DNA of 64,000 bases from a virus, in the IMG/VR virus record IMGVR_UViG_3300036766_000889; one strand, 5' to 3'. A model generated the notes under the pieces. That model saw only the letters and a program-made list of their open reading frames with translations. It was not told the DNA's origin and did not search any database. Positions 30,901 to 40,421 of the stretch are shown here, in pieces (position 1 is the stretch's first letter; every line of letters begins with the position of its first letter). Position numbers and translations under genes: made by a program.

Positions 30901-31973
30901 AAATCCTGAACCCAAGATATTGGTTTATTTGGTAACACGTTCAAGTTATAAAATGGTGGTTTGAAAATTATGTCGCCAGTAGTGTCACAGTAAAATTCAA
31001 AGCCATTCTGTAAAGCACACGTGGTGGCAAGAGATAACTTACTTTGTTGTTCATTCTCGTTAAGCTGAAAATCGGCTGCCTTATCAAGTTCTTTTTTAAC
31101 AGCAGCGATTTCATTCGGTTGAGGACGAAACATCGTTGTTGTTTGATTTACGAACGACCTTTCAAGATCATCTTTAAATATTAAAGCGGCTAACTGATTT
31201 TTTGAAGCTGTAGCGGCTTCTGAGCCGAAAGAATAAGCTTGTCCACTTGTTCCATATAAAACAAGTGAATTCCATATGTTGCTGAATTTAAGCTGCCAAT
31301 ATGCCATAATATCTTTGGCATATGAAGCTATGACTTGACCCTCAGGACCATGTTCCGGAAGAAAACTTTTGAATGATCCGGTCGTAACAGAAAAATCGCC
31401 CATGGCTTCTTGAGCCAACGAAATTATGATTGTGTAGGGGTTCATACCAGCGTACTGATTTCCCCAGAATTGGAAATTTCCTGCACTAGATCCGAATTTG
31501 TCGATGAAACCGGGGTTCGTCGTTGTCATCGTAATTTCCCACCATCTCAGTATATCTTTGCAAGAAATTGAGATGGTTGTAGTTCCTCCGGACCAACTTT
31601 TCGACACACTTGATACAAGACCCCAAAATATTCGATAATACTGAGGAAAACCTCCAACCAAGAAATACCCTTTAGAATAAATCTCAACTTCCATCATCGG
31701 TATGATGAGTAGTTGACCGTCAACATAAAAATCATTGACATCATTGTCTGGAATCGATAAATTGATGGTGGCAGAACCGGGAGCTCCTGAGTCAACAGCG
31801 GCATTTGTACTAATGCCGGTGACATAGTCATTTACAGATACTTGTCTAAGGCACTCTCCGCACCCAATAATTGATGTTTCTCCCTGGAAAGCGACATACA
31901 CGTCCGGAGTTACAACTACGTACGGACGTTTGTTTGGACTGAACGTACCACGGAAAGCTGATTCTCTACTCAT
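27960..31973 (-). CDS. Baseplate hub protein (gp27/gpD-like) with long C-terminal extension
   Basis: FWGLVSSV...ISISCKDILRW, FEFYCDTTGDIIFKPP, RPEIRMGFP...YIQGISHQYSVGGQATTTLNL. Confidence 0.7.
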   Translation of the reverse strand: MSRESAFRGTFSPNKRPYVVVTPDVYVAFQGETSIIGCGECLRQVSVNDYVTGISTNAAVDSGAPGSATINLSIPDNDVNDFYVDGQLLIIPMMEVEIYSKGYFLVGGFPQYYRIFWGLVSSVSKSWSGGTTTISISCKDILRWWEITMTTTNPGFIDKFGSSAGNFQFWGNQYAGMNPYTIIISLAQEAMGDFSVTTGSFKSFLPEHGPEGQVIASYAKDIMAYWQLKFSNIWNSLVLYGTSGQAYSFGSEAATASKNQLAALIFKDDLERSFVNQTTTMFRPQPNEIAAVKKELDKAADFQLNENEQQSKLSLATTCALQNGFEFYCDTTGDIIFKPPFYNLNVLPNKPISWVQDFEIIEDSITDTEAEVVTHITGSGNAFGGVMDWGLTDSITSPNSGVYDFHLLRRYGWRKHDYQCEWSGNPRKLFFHMMDYLDRLNSKRQNGTVTIPLRPEIRMGFPMWFPKYDSFFYIQGISHQYSVGGQATTTLNLTAKRSKFIAPSNIGSIKQSGVKESNPPKGSGEAGTKRKVPTYTVEFPDRPGSTTGQTQSVQEGSPVFLRDPKTGKMLGYPNVVMVYRAKYDDDKSLKSLAERMGNPPPKQSQTQSDETEQSINFKQKEVAQAIFLQLQSEQKKDIIDRLRAHRYEAGMTNAGAYDYAFDVSRQIKDFQLIPIDSVTWQPANSGGSFVSEANKKTLEVQKKSDIKKTQDDVDAATKSFKEASNELIKSTKTFNALVKARNKKDSLVTVGSDTEVSNAASDIEVKKNSLGEAKKILDEAKENNLLVKKNLGDTQRFASLNMMIRPVSDEFGFEVIGHYKYGRGSFIDRGQLKINTGDPQNLANEINLQFAPSGGFLTDPSVIGSATGHVVSYASSFEKMQPDDYVTGASFKGYATGGPTDVVQTSQNTYTNLMNSNTGKSVFIEADSLRKSKTLGELSPTIDLPGLDSAHKPCSCGLSRGDWLSVLPVEFITKIVNSKDMIGSIRETFNSEVNPESQEKITGINSEIDAVISAKQASADAEIGELSLKESFGETQITNLSADLTPSSMSISEAKAEIELNMKKFTDSQNESRRQRISSLPNTISSLTTHGINPKESVFTGSVSSNSFFDALNDFLSSEFTRKYSFNVQREKNYTVGNRSIERSTQNDPVIRQSVFSNNLGSPLFGNPEDNILAADDPAFGDPIGPLFAAAARGDKDAIEAIKQKANFNFGSTQKALGNLKDAWKSGKEKIEVVINDLHFGDPNDSFKGRITGQINTTPVPQTQPHGQPLPLPTIISQKDVSRLKSVTVGSAILNAPVIISNDQDFPLDGRMVGPVPPPDFVPTPSGVPNITILKKS

Positions 31974-31983
31974 ATTTCATCAC

Positions 31984-33873
31984 TCAAACTGGGGTTAGAT
32001 CCAACTGGGTATCAATAAATTGTTCAATATCAGTAGCATCAGTGTCCGATGTCACGCCAGTAGGAGCTTCACTTTGTAGAAAAGTCGGGTAGAAAGTCGG
32101 ATCAGGTCCGGGCTCTTCACTAGGAACGGCACTACCTTCGTCTACGGCTTTCGAAATTGACAGTTTTCGTGGGAAAACACCGGAGTTAAAATTAACACCG
32201 GTCGTTTCGGCAACAACTTGATCATTGATTTCCGTCACTTCAAAATCGTACCTTGAAGTAAACTTCCATGAATATGATAAATTAAATGGCTTCTCTGCGT
32301 CATCTGAAACGGAGAAATCATCAAATGACCCGATATAAATGTGACTGTCATAGTAAATGAAAACACTCATACTAATAACAGGGATTCCCCAGTTATGTTG
32401 GTCGCCAGTAACTGCTTGCGTATATAAATGTCCGTTATTTCGGTACATCATTACAAGCGACATTAAATTGGCATACGACAAACTGTGGAGTCTGTGTATA
32501 TGAGTTAATCCTCCACCCGTAGGACCGAACGCGTACTGCGCTGCAGTGACACCCTTACAACTAATGGTCAATGGTTTTTCTAACCACATGTGAGTTATCT
32601 GTCCGCGACGACCTTTAGGATAGTCTACTTGGTGTTCATAATTACGAGTAAACTCACTCGGGTTGATTAGCATCAACAAACTTGGTATTTTATTCGCTGA
32701 ATCAATTTGATTCTTAAGTTCATTTAGTTGTTTATTAGCGGCATCTTGTCTTTTATCAGAAACAACTATGTTCCTACCTGTGATACTTAGCGTGTCTTTC
32801 GGATCTGTAGAATCGATGTTTCCGGACATCATTACGGAAGCATTTGGGTTACCCGACGGATCCTCAGAACTAGAAGCAGTAGAAATCGTTTCTGTCTTGG
32901 ATCTAGAACCTGCAGGTTTAGCAACTGCCACGTCATGACCAACTACGGATTCCATGCGTGCTAATTGTGACAAAAACCCAGGACTTTTTGAGTGTTTCTG
33001 AAGCTTAATCAACATGTCATTAACAGTGATATCACCATCAGGATCTAAACTACCACTCTTAATACCTCGGTTCTGTGTCCATCTGTTATCTATGGTTTTC
33101 CCATCAGCTTCATATTTCTTGTATATGACCGCTTTTGGGTCACCTGCTTTTTTTACTTTAGAAGGGGCAAAATTAGCAAGTTTAACTTGAGCTGCGTTTT
33201 CATAAGGTCCCCTAAAAGAGTGTTTAAGAAATTTTTCAACGTAAGGAAGTTGTTGCTCAGCCGTTAGTTTATTGTAGTTATTCTCCCAAAAATCCAAGTT
33301 CATTCCAGAAGATACCATGGCACGTCGAGTTACCTGGTTTATTCCACGTGCTTGAACAGGTTTACTCTTGTCTCCATCCACGTGATTATTACCATCAGGA
33401 CCGGCCTTAATTCCAGACTCCATGTATAGCATAAGAAGAAGATCAGATGGTCTACATCTTACATTATGTGCTACTTCTACTAATTTGCGGTAAAAAGAAT
33501 CAGGTAATCCAGAGGCATCTCTGACTCCGCTAGTATCAAGTGACTCAGTACCTTGAACATCGACAGTTGAAGGAGTTGAAGGTACACTGATCGAATTATC
33601 AATTGATCGATTAACAGGTACAAATGCCACACGAACATCCGGTGGGATAAAACCAATTATGAATGGCTTAAACGCCGGACGAACGCCGGTTAAAGAGTCT
33701 AACTCATCACCAGCAGAAGAAGATGAGGAAAATGCTGATGACCCGCTAGCTGATTTAGATGACGAACCTGGAGCAGTACTGCCTCGTCCTTGTACATATA
33801 ATTCACTGATGCTGCGAAGTATATCAGGGACAGCCCTCAGAATCTTCTGATATGTATCTGAGGGGTTACTCAT
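31984..33873 (-). CDS. Tail-associated lysozyme-like / transglycosylase domain fused to a tube-initiator-like domain
   Basis: DLLLMLYMESG...ARGINQ...LTAEQQLPYVEKF is lysozyme-fold-like; C-terminal LINPSEF...YIGSFDDFSVSDDAEKPFNLSYSWKF. Confidence 0.65.
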   Translation of the reverse strand: MSNPSDTYQKILRAVPDILRSISELYVQGRGSTAPGSSSKSASGSSAFSSSSSAGDELDSLTGVRPAFKPFIIGFIPPDVRVAFVPVNRSIDNSISVPSTPSTVDVQGTESLDTSGVRDASGLPDSFYRKLVEVAHNVRCRPSDLLLMLYMESGIKAGPDGNNHVDGDKSKPVQARGINQVTRRAMVSSGMNLDFWENNYNKLTAEQQLPYVEKFLKHSFRGPYENAAQVKLANFAPSKVKKAGDPKAVIYKKYEADGKTIDNRWTQNRGIKSGSLDPDGDITVNDMLIKLQKHSKSPGFLSQLARMESVVGHDVAVAKPAGSRSKTETISTASSSEDPSGNPNASVMMSGNIDSTDPKDTLSITGRNIVVSDKRQDAANKQLNELKNQIDSANKIPSLLMLINPSEFTRNYEHQVDYPKGRRGQITHMWLEKPLTISCKGVTAAQYAFGPTGGGLTHIHRLHSLSYANLMSLVMMYRNNGHLYTQAVTGDQHNWGIPVISMSVFIYYDSHIYIGSFDDFSVSDDAEKPFNLSYSWKFTSRYDFEVTEINDQVVAETTGVNFNSGVFPRKLSISKAVDEGSAVPSEEPGPDPTFYPTFLQSEAPTGVTSDTDATDIEQFIDTQLDLTPV

Positions 33874-33885
33874 GTTTCGCCTGAG

Positions 33886-34800
33886 CTAGCCTGGAACAGC
33901 AGAACCGCGAGATACTCTAGCAGATCTCCTTGCTGCTTTGATGGATGCAGATATTTTTTCTCTATATTCAGGATCATTCCACAATGCTTTAGAAGCAACG
34001 GATCTTTTAGCACGTGATTCTGGCGTATTAGCAGCAATTTTAGCAATTTTAGATAGTTTTATTTTTACTTCTGGCTTGTTCATTGCAACTTTAGAAATAC
34101 TAGACCGCTTTGCTCTTGATTCCGGGGTATTCATATGGTTTTTAATGGCGGCAGATGTTTTTTCACGATATTCAGAGTCATTCCATGCTGATTTAATTAT
34201 TTCAGATATTTTTGTTTTAGCTTCTGGTGTATTTGCGGATGCTTTAGAAATGATGGACATTTTAGCTCTGTATTCAGAGTCATCCCACAATGCTTTAGAA
34301 GCAACGGATACTTTAGCTCGATACTCAGGATCACTCCATTTAGCTTTAATGATTACTGACTGTTTTACTTTTACCCCTGGCATATTCATTGCAACTTTAA
34401 CAGCCGCAGATATTTTTTCACGAAATCCAGGGTTATCCCACATAATCTTAGAAGCAGCAGATCGTTTAGCATGAGTTTGTTGTGTATTGATAGGAACATA
34501 AAATCCACCGGGAGCTGTATTAAAACCGTACTTTGGATCTCGAGTCTTCCACCGCTTGATTAAACATTTTTCTGCTAAATTCGCTTCTTCAAGCGATTCA
34601 AAAACTCGAATAACTTTTCCTTCAAATGCCTCAGGTCCATACTTCCTGATTGCATTGGGGAAATACCATCTACCGCCCTTCGAATTCTTGGCTTGGGCGC
34701 AATGTTGAGACCAACGTCGTTCCATCGTACGACTAGTCAAACCAATGTAACGACGCCCAGATTCAATATGTGTATGACAGTAGATGGTCCAGCATTTCAT
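33886..34800 (-). CDS. GIY-YIG homing endonuclease with ~17-aa C-terminal repeats (probable start ATG 34800)
   Basis: MKCWTIYCHTHIESGRRYIGLT...FPNAIRKYG...GFNTAPGG. Confidence 0.9.
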   Translation of the reverse strand: MKCWTIYCHTHIESGRRYIGLTSRTMERRWSQHCAQAKNSKGGRWYFPNAIRKYGPEAFEGKVIRVFESLEEANLAEKCLIKRWKTRDPKYGFNTAPGGFYVPINTQQTHAKRSAASKIMWDNPGFREKISAAVKVAMNMPGVKVKQSVIIKAKWSDPEYRAKVSVASKALWDDSEYRAKMSIISKASANTPEAKTKISEIIKSAWNDSEYREKTSAAIKNHMNTPESRAKRSSISKVAMNKPEVKIKLSKIAKIAANTPESRAKRSVASKALWNDPEYREKISASIKAARRSARVSRGSAVPG

Positions 34801-34823
34801 ACCGGACCTGTTCCACAAAAACT

Positions 34824-35387
34824 CTAGGGAAATCGATAAAGAACTTGCTCTACTTTGAATTCCCACGAAAGCTCAAAAGAAAAAGCGTGTGAATCATCTT
34901 CGTTAATGCTGAATGAAGTGAAATGTCCGATGAAAATGCCGCGATCATAAATCATCATGATGCGACCTCGTATAGCTGGTCTTCCTGAACCATCGAAAAC
35001 CATTCCATTATTATGGAATAGCTCGAGTAAATCTTCTTGTCTTTCCCAGGCTATGGTTTCTTTTCTTCTGGTAGCCGTTAACCCACCACCACTATCGTTT
35101 GAATTGATGAACGCACCGGTTGAATGAGAACAAGATATCGAATCGAAATCGTCAGGCCATACGAATTCGACAAAACCACCGTAAGTAGGGACGACGGTCT
35201 TACCCTTCGTCATTTTTTCTTCGACAGAATTTGGATTCGTGTGTAAGGCGAGGAGATACGGATATAACTGCGTGTTTGAACCCGGCATAGTAACTTGGAA
35301 TAAAAAGGGGCGTCCACGTTTTGTGGTATACGACTCAGAGCTGTCAATTGGCGGATTAACGTTATATGGTATTTGAACTGCAACCAT
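34824..35387 (-). CDS. Tail tube initiator-like baseplate protein (gp48/gp54/gpU-like)
   Basis: LHTNPNSVEE...FIGHFTSFSINED...FELSWEFKV, paralogous to the C-terminus of 31984..33873; follows the tape measure gene. Confidence 0.6.
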   Translation of the reverse strand: MVAVQIPYNVNPPIDSSESYTTKRGRPFLFQVTMPGSNTQLYPYLLALHTNPNSVEEKMTKGKTVVPTYGGFVEFVWPDDFDSISCSHSTGAFINSNDSGGGLTATRRKETIAWERQEDLLELFHNNGMVFDGSGRPAIRGRIMMIYDRGIFIGHFTSFSINEDDSHAFSFELSWEFKVEQVLYRFP

Positions 35388-35399
35388 CTGAAATTATTC

Positions 35400-35453
35400 C
35401 TAACTATGACAGTAAATGGTCCAGTATTTCATACCGGACCTGTTCCACAAAAA
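35400..35453 (-). pseudogene. Relic of the GIY-YIG gene 5' end (MKYWTIYCHS*); 49-bp repeat of 34773-34821
   Basis: 35405-35453 matches 34773-34821 at 47/49. Confidence 0.85.
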
Positions 35454-35456
35454 GGA

Positions 35457-38400
35457 CTAATGCCCCTGATTGAAAATATCATCGACAACACGTTTTATTT
35501 CATGAGGATCATTTGTTTGTATGTGAATGTTCACAGTCCCGACGTTAACGCCTTTACTGCCGCCACCGGACACGAGAGCACCACCTTTAGGGATTACAAA
35601 CTCTCCTCTATGAACAACGCCAGCGGGTTGCATGGTAGGACCATCTCCGGTGTAACCACCACCCCACTTTGGTGGTCCAAGAATATCTTTTTTTGCTTTG
35701 TACGCTAACTCTTTAGATGCCCCCAAGGAAGTTACGCCTTTTTTCAGGGCCCACTGGTCTTCAGCTTTAATTGCATCCGTGATCAAAGCATAGTCAAAAA
35801 GAGCTGTTGCTACGTTATCAAGAACAATCTTATTAAGTGTGCTTTTCAAACCAGAAGATATATCTTTTATCGTAATGCCGCTCTTCAGTTCAGCTAGGAT
35901 CTGACTCATCGTTTGATCCTGATTTTCTCCTGTGGAAAGCTGTTCTTCCGCTATACCAACATGTTCTGCAACAGCTGTCGATATATCGGCACTCTTAGCT
36001 GCTGCTTCATCACTCTTAGCTGCCGATGGACCTCCAACAGCTTGCCCTTCTAGGGGAAACAGATGTGCGGCTCTTGGTGCGGGTGCGACTGCGGGTGCGG
36101 CTGCGGGTGCGGCTGCAGCTGCACCTTTACGACCTTTACCTTTACGTTTCGCCGCAGTCGCCGCTTTCGCCGCATCTGCAGCATCCATATCACGTATATG
36201 ATTTTTTTCTACGTCAGCATCAAGTTTGGCCTGATTAGCATTCTCTATTTCGTTTGATTTATTTTGATGCGCAGTATGTGTTGCATTCGGATCTCCGGCA
36301 CCAGCAATTTTAATACCAGAGCCAACAACAGCAGAACCAATATGTCCGGCTTGAGTTATAGCTTCTGCAGCATGACCTGTTTTGATTTGATTTGTTAAAA
36401 AGTCTCTGGCGTATTTCTTTGCCTCTTCTCTTGCTTTTTTCTCACCTACAGGATCTTTATTCTTCTTTGCCTCTTCCGCCTTAGAAAGAAGTGCGCGAAA
36501 TCCCTGACTACCCTTAGTATCGCCCTTAAAAAAATTCCCGCCCCGAGCTTTTGACTGAGCATCAAATGCTTTGGTACTAATGTCACCAGCACGTTCTAAA
36601 ATAGGAGCTAGTTTAGTCATCATGCCTTTTGGATCGGCTTCATAGTGGGAACCGGCCCTTGAGCCTGTGGTATTTTTGACGAGTTTTTTCCCTATTTTTG
36701 TATCAGCAGCGTCTTTGATGATCTGGGTCATGCCAGACATAGCATCTTTATTTTTATCTGTTGAACCTGCCATCATAGTTTTGGAAATATTACTGGCAGA
36801 TTTTCTCTGAAGGTCAAGTTTCTTTTTTTCAGCAATTATTTGTCCTTTTTTATCATCGTCACTAGTAAACCAGTCAAAAGCACTATTAAGAACATCCAGT
36901 ATCGGTTGGAGCACATAGAAAACTTTTTCAAGCCAGTAACCTATGATGTTTGAAAGTTTGTCACTAATAGATGTCTGAATATTATACTGATCAGTCGCTA
37001 AATCTTCCATCGTTGCCTGTTGTGTATCAAGACCGTCTACATTCATCGAAGCAGCCTGCATGATGGCGTCTTCCATTTCCTTAGGGTTTTTCGTAGCCAT
37101 AGTCTTCATGTCTTGTGCGAAATTTTCTTGAGTTTTACCGGATTTCTCCATCGCTTCAAGGTCTTCTTTACCCCCTTTCTGTTCAAGCTTGTTTTGTTTC
37201 CATATCTTCATAAGATTAGCATTCATGCTCTTAGATGAAGTTTTTCCGATTTTAGCCAGGCCTGCTTGATGCATGGCCATATTATCCATGAGAGATAGCA
37301 TGGCCTTATACTCCGGTTCTGATTGACCAACTGACTTGGCAACGTGTTCGCCAAGACCGGAAACATTGCCACCGGTAAATTTCCCGGCCATTTCTTTCAT
37401 CATTTTCATTCGAGCATACATACCTGCACCACGCATGGCGGTTGCAGTATCAAGAACATTTCCCTTCTTCAAAGAAGCCATGTTACGAGCAAGCTTCTGA
37501 GCGTCACCGATTGCGGCCGGGGTGACCCCCATGGCAGAAGCTTTGGATACAACTTCGGCCATGGCTTTCACCGGGTCTGCGGATTGAAGTGCATTCTTAA
37601 CGTCGCCACCTAGGTCCCCGAAACCATTTTTAAAATTTTTAGCTATGGCATCTCCGGAGTTCTTAAAATCTTTTTGCAGTATATTAGCAACTTTTTTCGG
37701 ACCAATAATGAATGCCATCTTCATTCGTTGCTTAAAGTCCATTTCATCGAAGCCCTTACCCATGGAGTCCATGAAATTCTTGACATCTCCAGCACTCATA
37801 GATTTTGACAGTAGTTTAATCGTTCCTGTTAGTTCCTCAATCCTGTTCGTAAACATGTCGATATTCGGTAAAACTTGACCGAAAACACCCATGAACTTCT
37901 GAACTGGCATACCAGAAGTAGAAGCAGTCTTAACAAGACTCTCCATGTTCTTCATCGCTTCATTGCCAGTATAACCGATGTCAGAAACCATGTCACCCAT
38001 CATCTTTGCGACTTCTGTAGTTTCAATACCCAAATGAGAACCGTAAAGCTTTGCATTCGTAACGAATTTCGTCATACCTGCTGTCAAGTCGTTGCCGCCC
38101 ATATCTTTAAGCATGGCTTCGGTTTTACCAAGAGAACCAGTGGCTCCTTTGGCAAAAGCGTTTACAGCTTCCAGGGCAGCTTCAGAGTCTACGCCAAATT
38201 TGAGAAGTGAACCATGCGAATCCATCGCAGCTTGCCTAAGATTATTAACAGTGTTAGTGTACTGAGCGCCAGTCATGGCGAAGTCATTAGCAAGACCAGT
38301 CCCTGCTATGAGGGTTTTGTTGAGCTTCGTCATATGATTAGAAGCCGTCATCAACATTTGGACGAATATGCCAAAAGAAGCACCTACACCAGCCAAGGCA

Positions 38401-39101
38401 CCCATGGCTTTTCCCATAGCGGCCATTGCGCCAACGTCTCCGCCAGCCATGGTGCCGCGAGATACGGCTCCCCCAACACCTTTAGTTGCCGCTCCTCGAG
38501 CTTCATCGGCACCCGCACGCCACCCAGACTTACCACCAGCAACGGCTTTCCCTAAGCCCTTTAAAATACCTTTCATAGCATCGCCACCGCTAAAATCAGC
38601 AGATGACTGAATTCGACGAAGATTTGCGTGCTGAGTCTTGATTGCACGCCTGGTTTCAGCGTCGTGTTTTATAACGGTTTTTTTATTTCGTTCTAGAGAT
38701 TTGGTCAGCGAGTTGATGGTTCTATTCATCCTCTCGAAACCCTCATCAGCCTCAGCTTGGGCTGATGAGTCACCCGCAGAACCGGCTGCAGCGGATGCCT
38801 TTGCAAATTTCATCTGCTTCCGCTCTGCTGCAGCGATTCTTTTTGAAGTTTTTCCTAGGTCTTCATACGATTGTTTAGCAGCTTTAGATAGGTTATTCCC
38901 CAAAGCTTTGGCCTGGGTAGAAATATCTTGCAGTCCCTTAACATTCAACTGAGAAATTTTTGCGAGATTTTTGTAGTCAAAGCCAAGCTTACTAAGATCC
39001 TTCGTAAGTCCCGAAAGATCTTTTCTCAACCTGGAAACGGCGCGTTTGTCGAGTTCCGGTGATACCGGTACCCGAATCTTTAGATCTTTTTCGTTAGCCA
39101 T
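35457..39101 (-). CDS. Tail tape measure protein (1214 aa)
   Basis: Long helical protein rich in A/K/M/G; C-terminal GGYTGDG...AGVVHRGEFVIP motif typical of tape measures. Confidence 0.85.
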   Translation of the reverse strand: MANEKDLKIRVPVSPELDKRAVSRLRKDLSGLTKDLSKLGFDYKNLAKISQLNVKGLQDISTQAKALGNNLSKAAKQSYEDLGKTSKRIAAAERKQMKFAKASAAAGSAGDSSAQAEADEGFERMNRTINSLTKSLERNKKTVIKHDAETRRAIKTQHANLRRIQSSADFSGGDAMKGILKGLGKAVAGGKSGWRAGADEARGAATKGVGGAVSRGTMAGGDVGAMAAMGKAMGALAGVGASFGIFVQMLMTASNHMTKLNKTLIAGTGLANDFAMTGAQYTNTVNNLRQAAMDSHGSLLKFGVDSEAALEAVNAFAKGATGSLGKTEAMLKDMGGNDLTAGMTKFVTNAKLYGSHLGIETTEVAKMMGDMVSDIGYTGNEAMKNMESLVKTASTSGMPVQKFMGVFGQVLPNIDMFTNRIEELTGTIKLLSKSMSAGDVKNFMDSMGKGFDEMDFKQRMKMAFIIGPKKVANILQKDFKNSGDAIAKNFKNGFGDLGGDVKNALQSADPVKAMAEVVSKASAMGVTPAAIGDAQKLARNMASLKKGNVLDTATAMRGAGMYARMKMMKEMAGKFTGGNVSGLGEHVAKSVGQSEPEYKAMLSLMDNMAMHQAGLAKIGKTSSKSMNANLMKIWKQNKLEQKGGKEDLEAMEKSGKTQENFAQDMKTMATKNPKEMEDAIMQAASMNVDGLDTQQATMEDLATDQYNIQTSISDKLSNIIGYWLEKVFYVLQPILDVLNSAFDWFTSDDDKKGQIIAEKKKLDLQRKSASNISKTMMAGSTDKNKDAMSGMTQIIKDAADTKIGKKLVKNTTGSRAGSHYEADPKGMMTKLAPILERAGDISTKAFDAQSKARGGNFFKGDTKGSQGFRALLSKAEEAKKNKDPVGEKKAREEAKKYARDFLTNQIKTGHAAEAITQAGHIGSAVVGSGIKIAGAGDPNATHTAHQNKSNEIENANQAKLDADVEKNHIRDMDAADAAKAATAAKRKGKGRKGAAAAAPAAAPAVAPAPRAAHLFPLEGQAVGGPSAAKSDEAAAKSADISTAVAEHVGIAEEQLSTGENQDQTMSQILAELKSGITIKDISSGLKSTLNKIVLDNVATALFDYALITDAIKAEDQWALKKGVTSLGASKELAYKAKKDILGPPKWGGGYTGDGPTMQPAGVVHRGEFVIPKGGALVSGGGSKGVNVGTVNIHIQTNDPHEIKRVVDDIFNQGH

Positions 39102-39103
39102 TA

Positions 39104-40318
39104 TTAACCTTCATCACCTGAGGGTTCGCCGTCTATCTTCTGACTGAAACCTTCTGCCTCAAGATTCATCTGCCGACTGGCCTTCTTAAGCTGTTCGGCT
39201 TGGAGGACCTTCATACGACTTAGATACCCATCGGCAATTGCCTTATCTCCGATGACTCTGGTACTAAGGCCTCCAATATTTTCTTCGGAATCAGAATCCG
39301 AATCAGATGACATAGGGGGTAACTGGAAGAATGATTGTTGAGCCGCCTTTATGGCTCGAGCGCGAACCCGGAGTTCACGTTCTTTAGCTTCAATAACGAG
39401 ATCGTGGAAGTCCTTTTCACCAGCGAGAGCACGTTCAAGTTGGTCGGCAAGTTCTTCAGCCGTTTCAGCACGAAACTTTCCGTCAGCCTGCGTTCCCTCA
39501 ACGACTTCAGCAAAACGACCATCAGGGAGATGAACTTTCGGTTTCGGTTCTTCAATTCCAGATTTCCGGTTTAAATATGCGTGGAGTACTTTTATTTTTT
39601 GCTCTTCACGATCAATTCTCTCCTTCTCTAGTCTCATTCGGTCTTTTTCATCAATTGACCGAATACCCTTCCCGGCCATACATGAACCCACAAATTTGGC
39701 ATTTTGCCATTCCCGTTCCATGATGTCACGACGGTCAAGAGTCCGGTTAACGGCAGTCCACATTTGTTGACATTGATTCATCCCGAGCTCATCAGTACCC
39801 GGTATGCCGGTTGCCATAGGGGAATGAATAGGAATCCCACTTACTTGCAACCAACGATATCTCGATCGATTTTCGTGACAATAAGATTCAGCAATAGGAA
39901 AGAGTCTAACCGCACGTTGATTAATCGACGATAGATTTTCCAAAATTTTATCTTGGAGCTTCAGAGGAAGCTTCTTGATTACTTTTACGAGTCGATTGAT
40001 ATGACGGGGACGTTCATATAGAGTGTTAGATCCATCGACCATGAAGATGCTATAAGCGATGAATATCGCTTTGAACGGATCTGAACCGTCCGGTGTCACC
40101 CCACGTGTAGGTCTCATGAAGTTGACGTTGCGCATCTCAAGCGCGTTCAGGGTTTTAAAAACAAACGTCTTTCCTGCAATAACAGCAGTTGCAGTCAAGA
40201 ACCCCTGAAATATGTATGACTCCAGTTCCTCCCATATGCTTTCGTCAACTACTTTATACGTCTCCGGAACCCGGATACGTATTCGCTGGCCATTCTTATC
40301 TAAAGTAGGCTCGTTCAA
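39104..40318 (-). CDS. Probable tail assembly chaperone (404 aa)
   Basis: Position immediately upstream of the tape measure; FVFKTLNALE. Confidence 0.5.
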   Translation of the reverse strand: MNEPTLDKNGQRIRIRVPETYKVVDESIWEELESYIFQGFLTATAVIAGKTFVFKTLNALEMRNVNFMRPTRGVTPDGSDPFKAIFIAYSIFMVDGSNTLYERPRHINRLVKVIKKLPLKLQDKILENLSSINQRAVRLFPIAESYCHENRSRYRWLQVSGIPIHSPMATGIPGTDELGMNQCQQMWTAVNRTLDRRDIMEREWQNAKFVGSCMAGKGIRSIDEKDRMRLEKERIDREEQKIKVLHAYLNRKSGIEEPKPKVHLPDGRFAEVVEGTQADGKFRAETAEELADQLERALAGEKDFHDLVIEAKERELRVRARAIKAAQQSFFQLPPMSSDSDSDSEENIGGLSTRVIGDKAIADGYLSRMKVLQAEQLKKASRQMNLEAEGFSQKIDGEPSGDEG

Positions 40319-40421
40319 GTAGTCCCCCTAAATCGAGACATACTTCTGTGCATATAACGGATCGTCCAGGCCATTATGGACGATACCGACAATTCAACCG
40401 AAATTTAAATTAAAATTGCGA

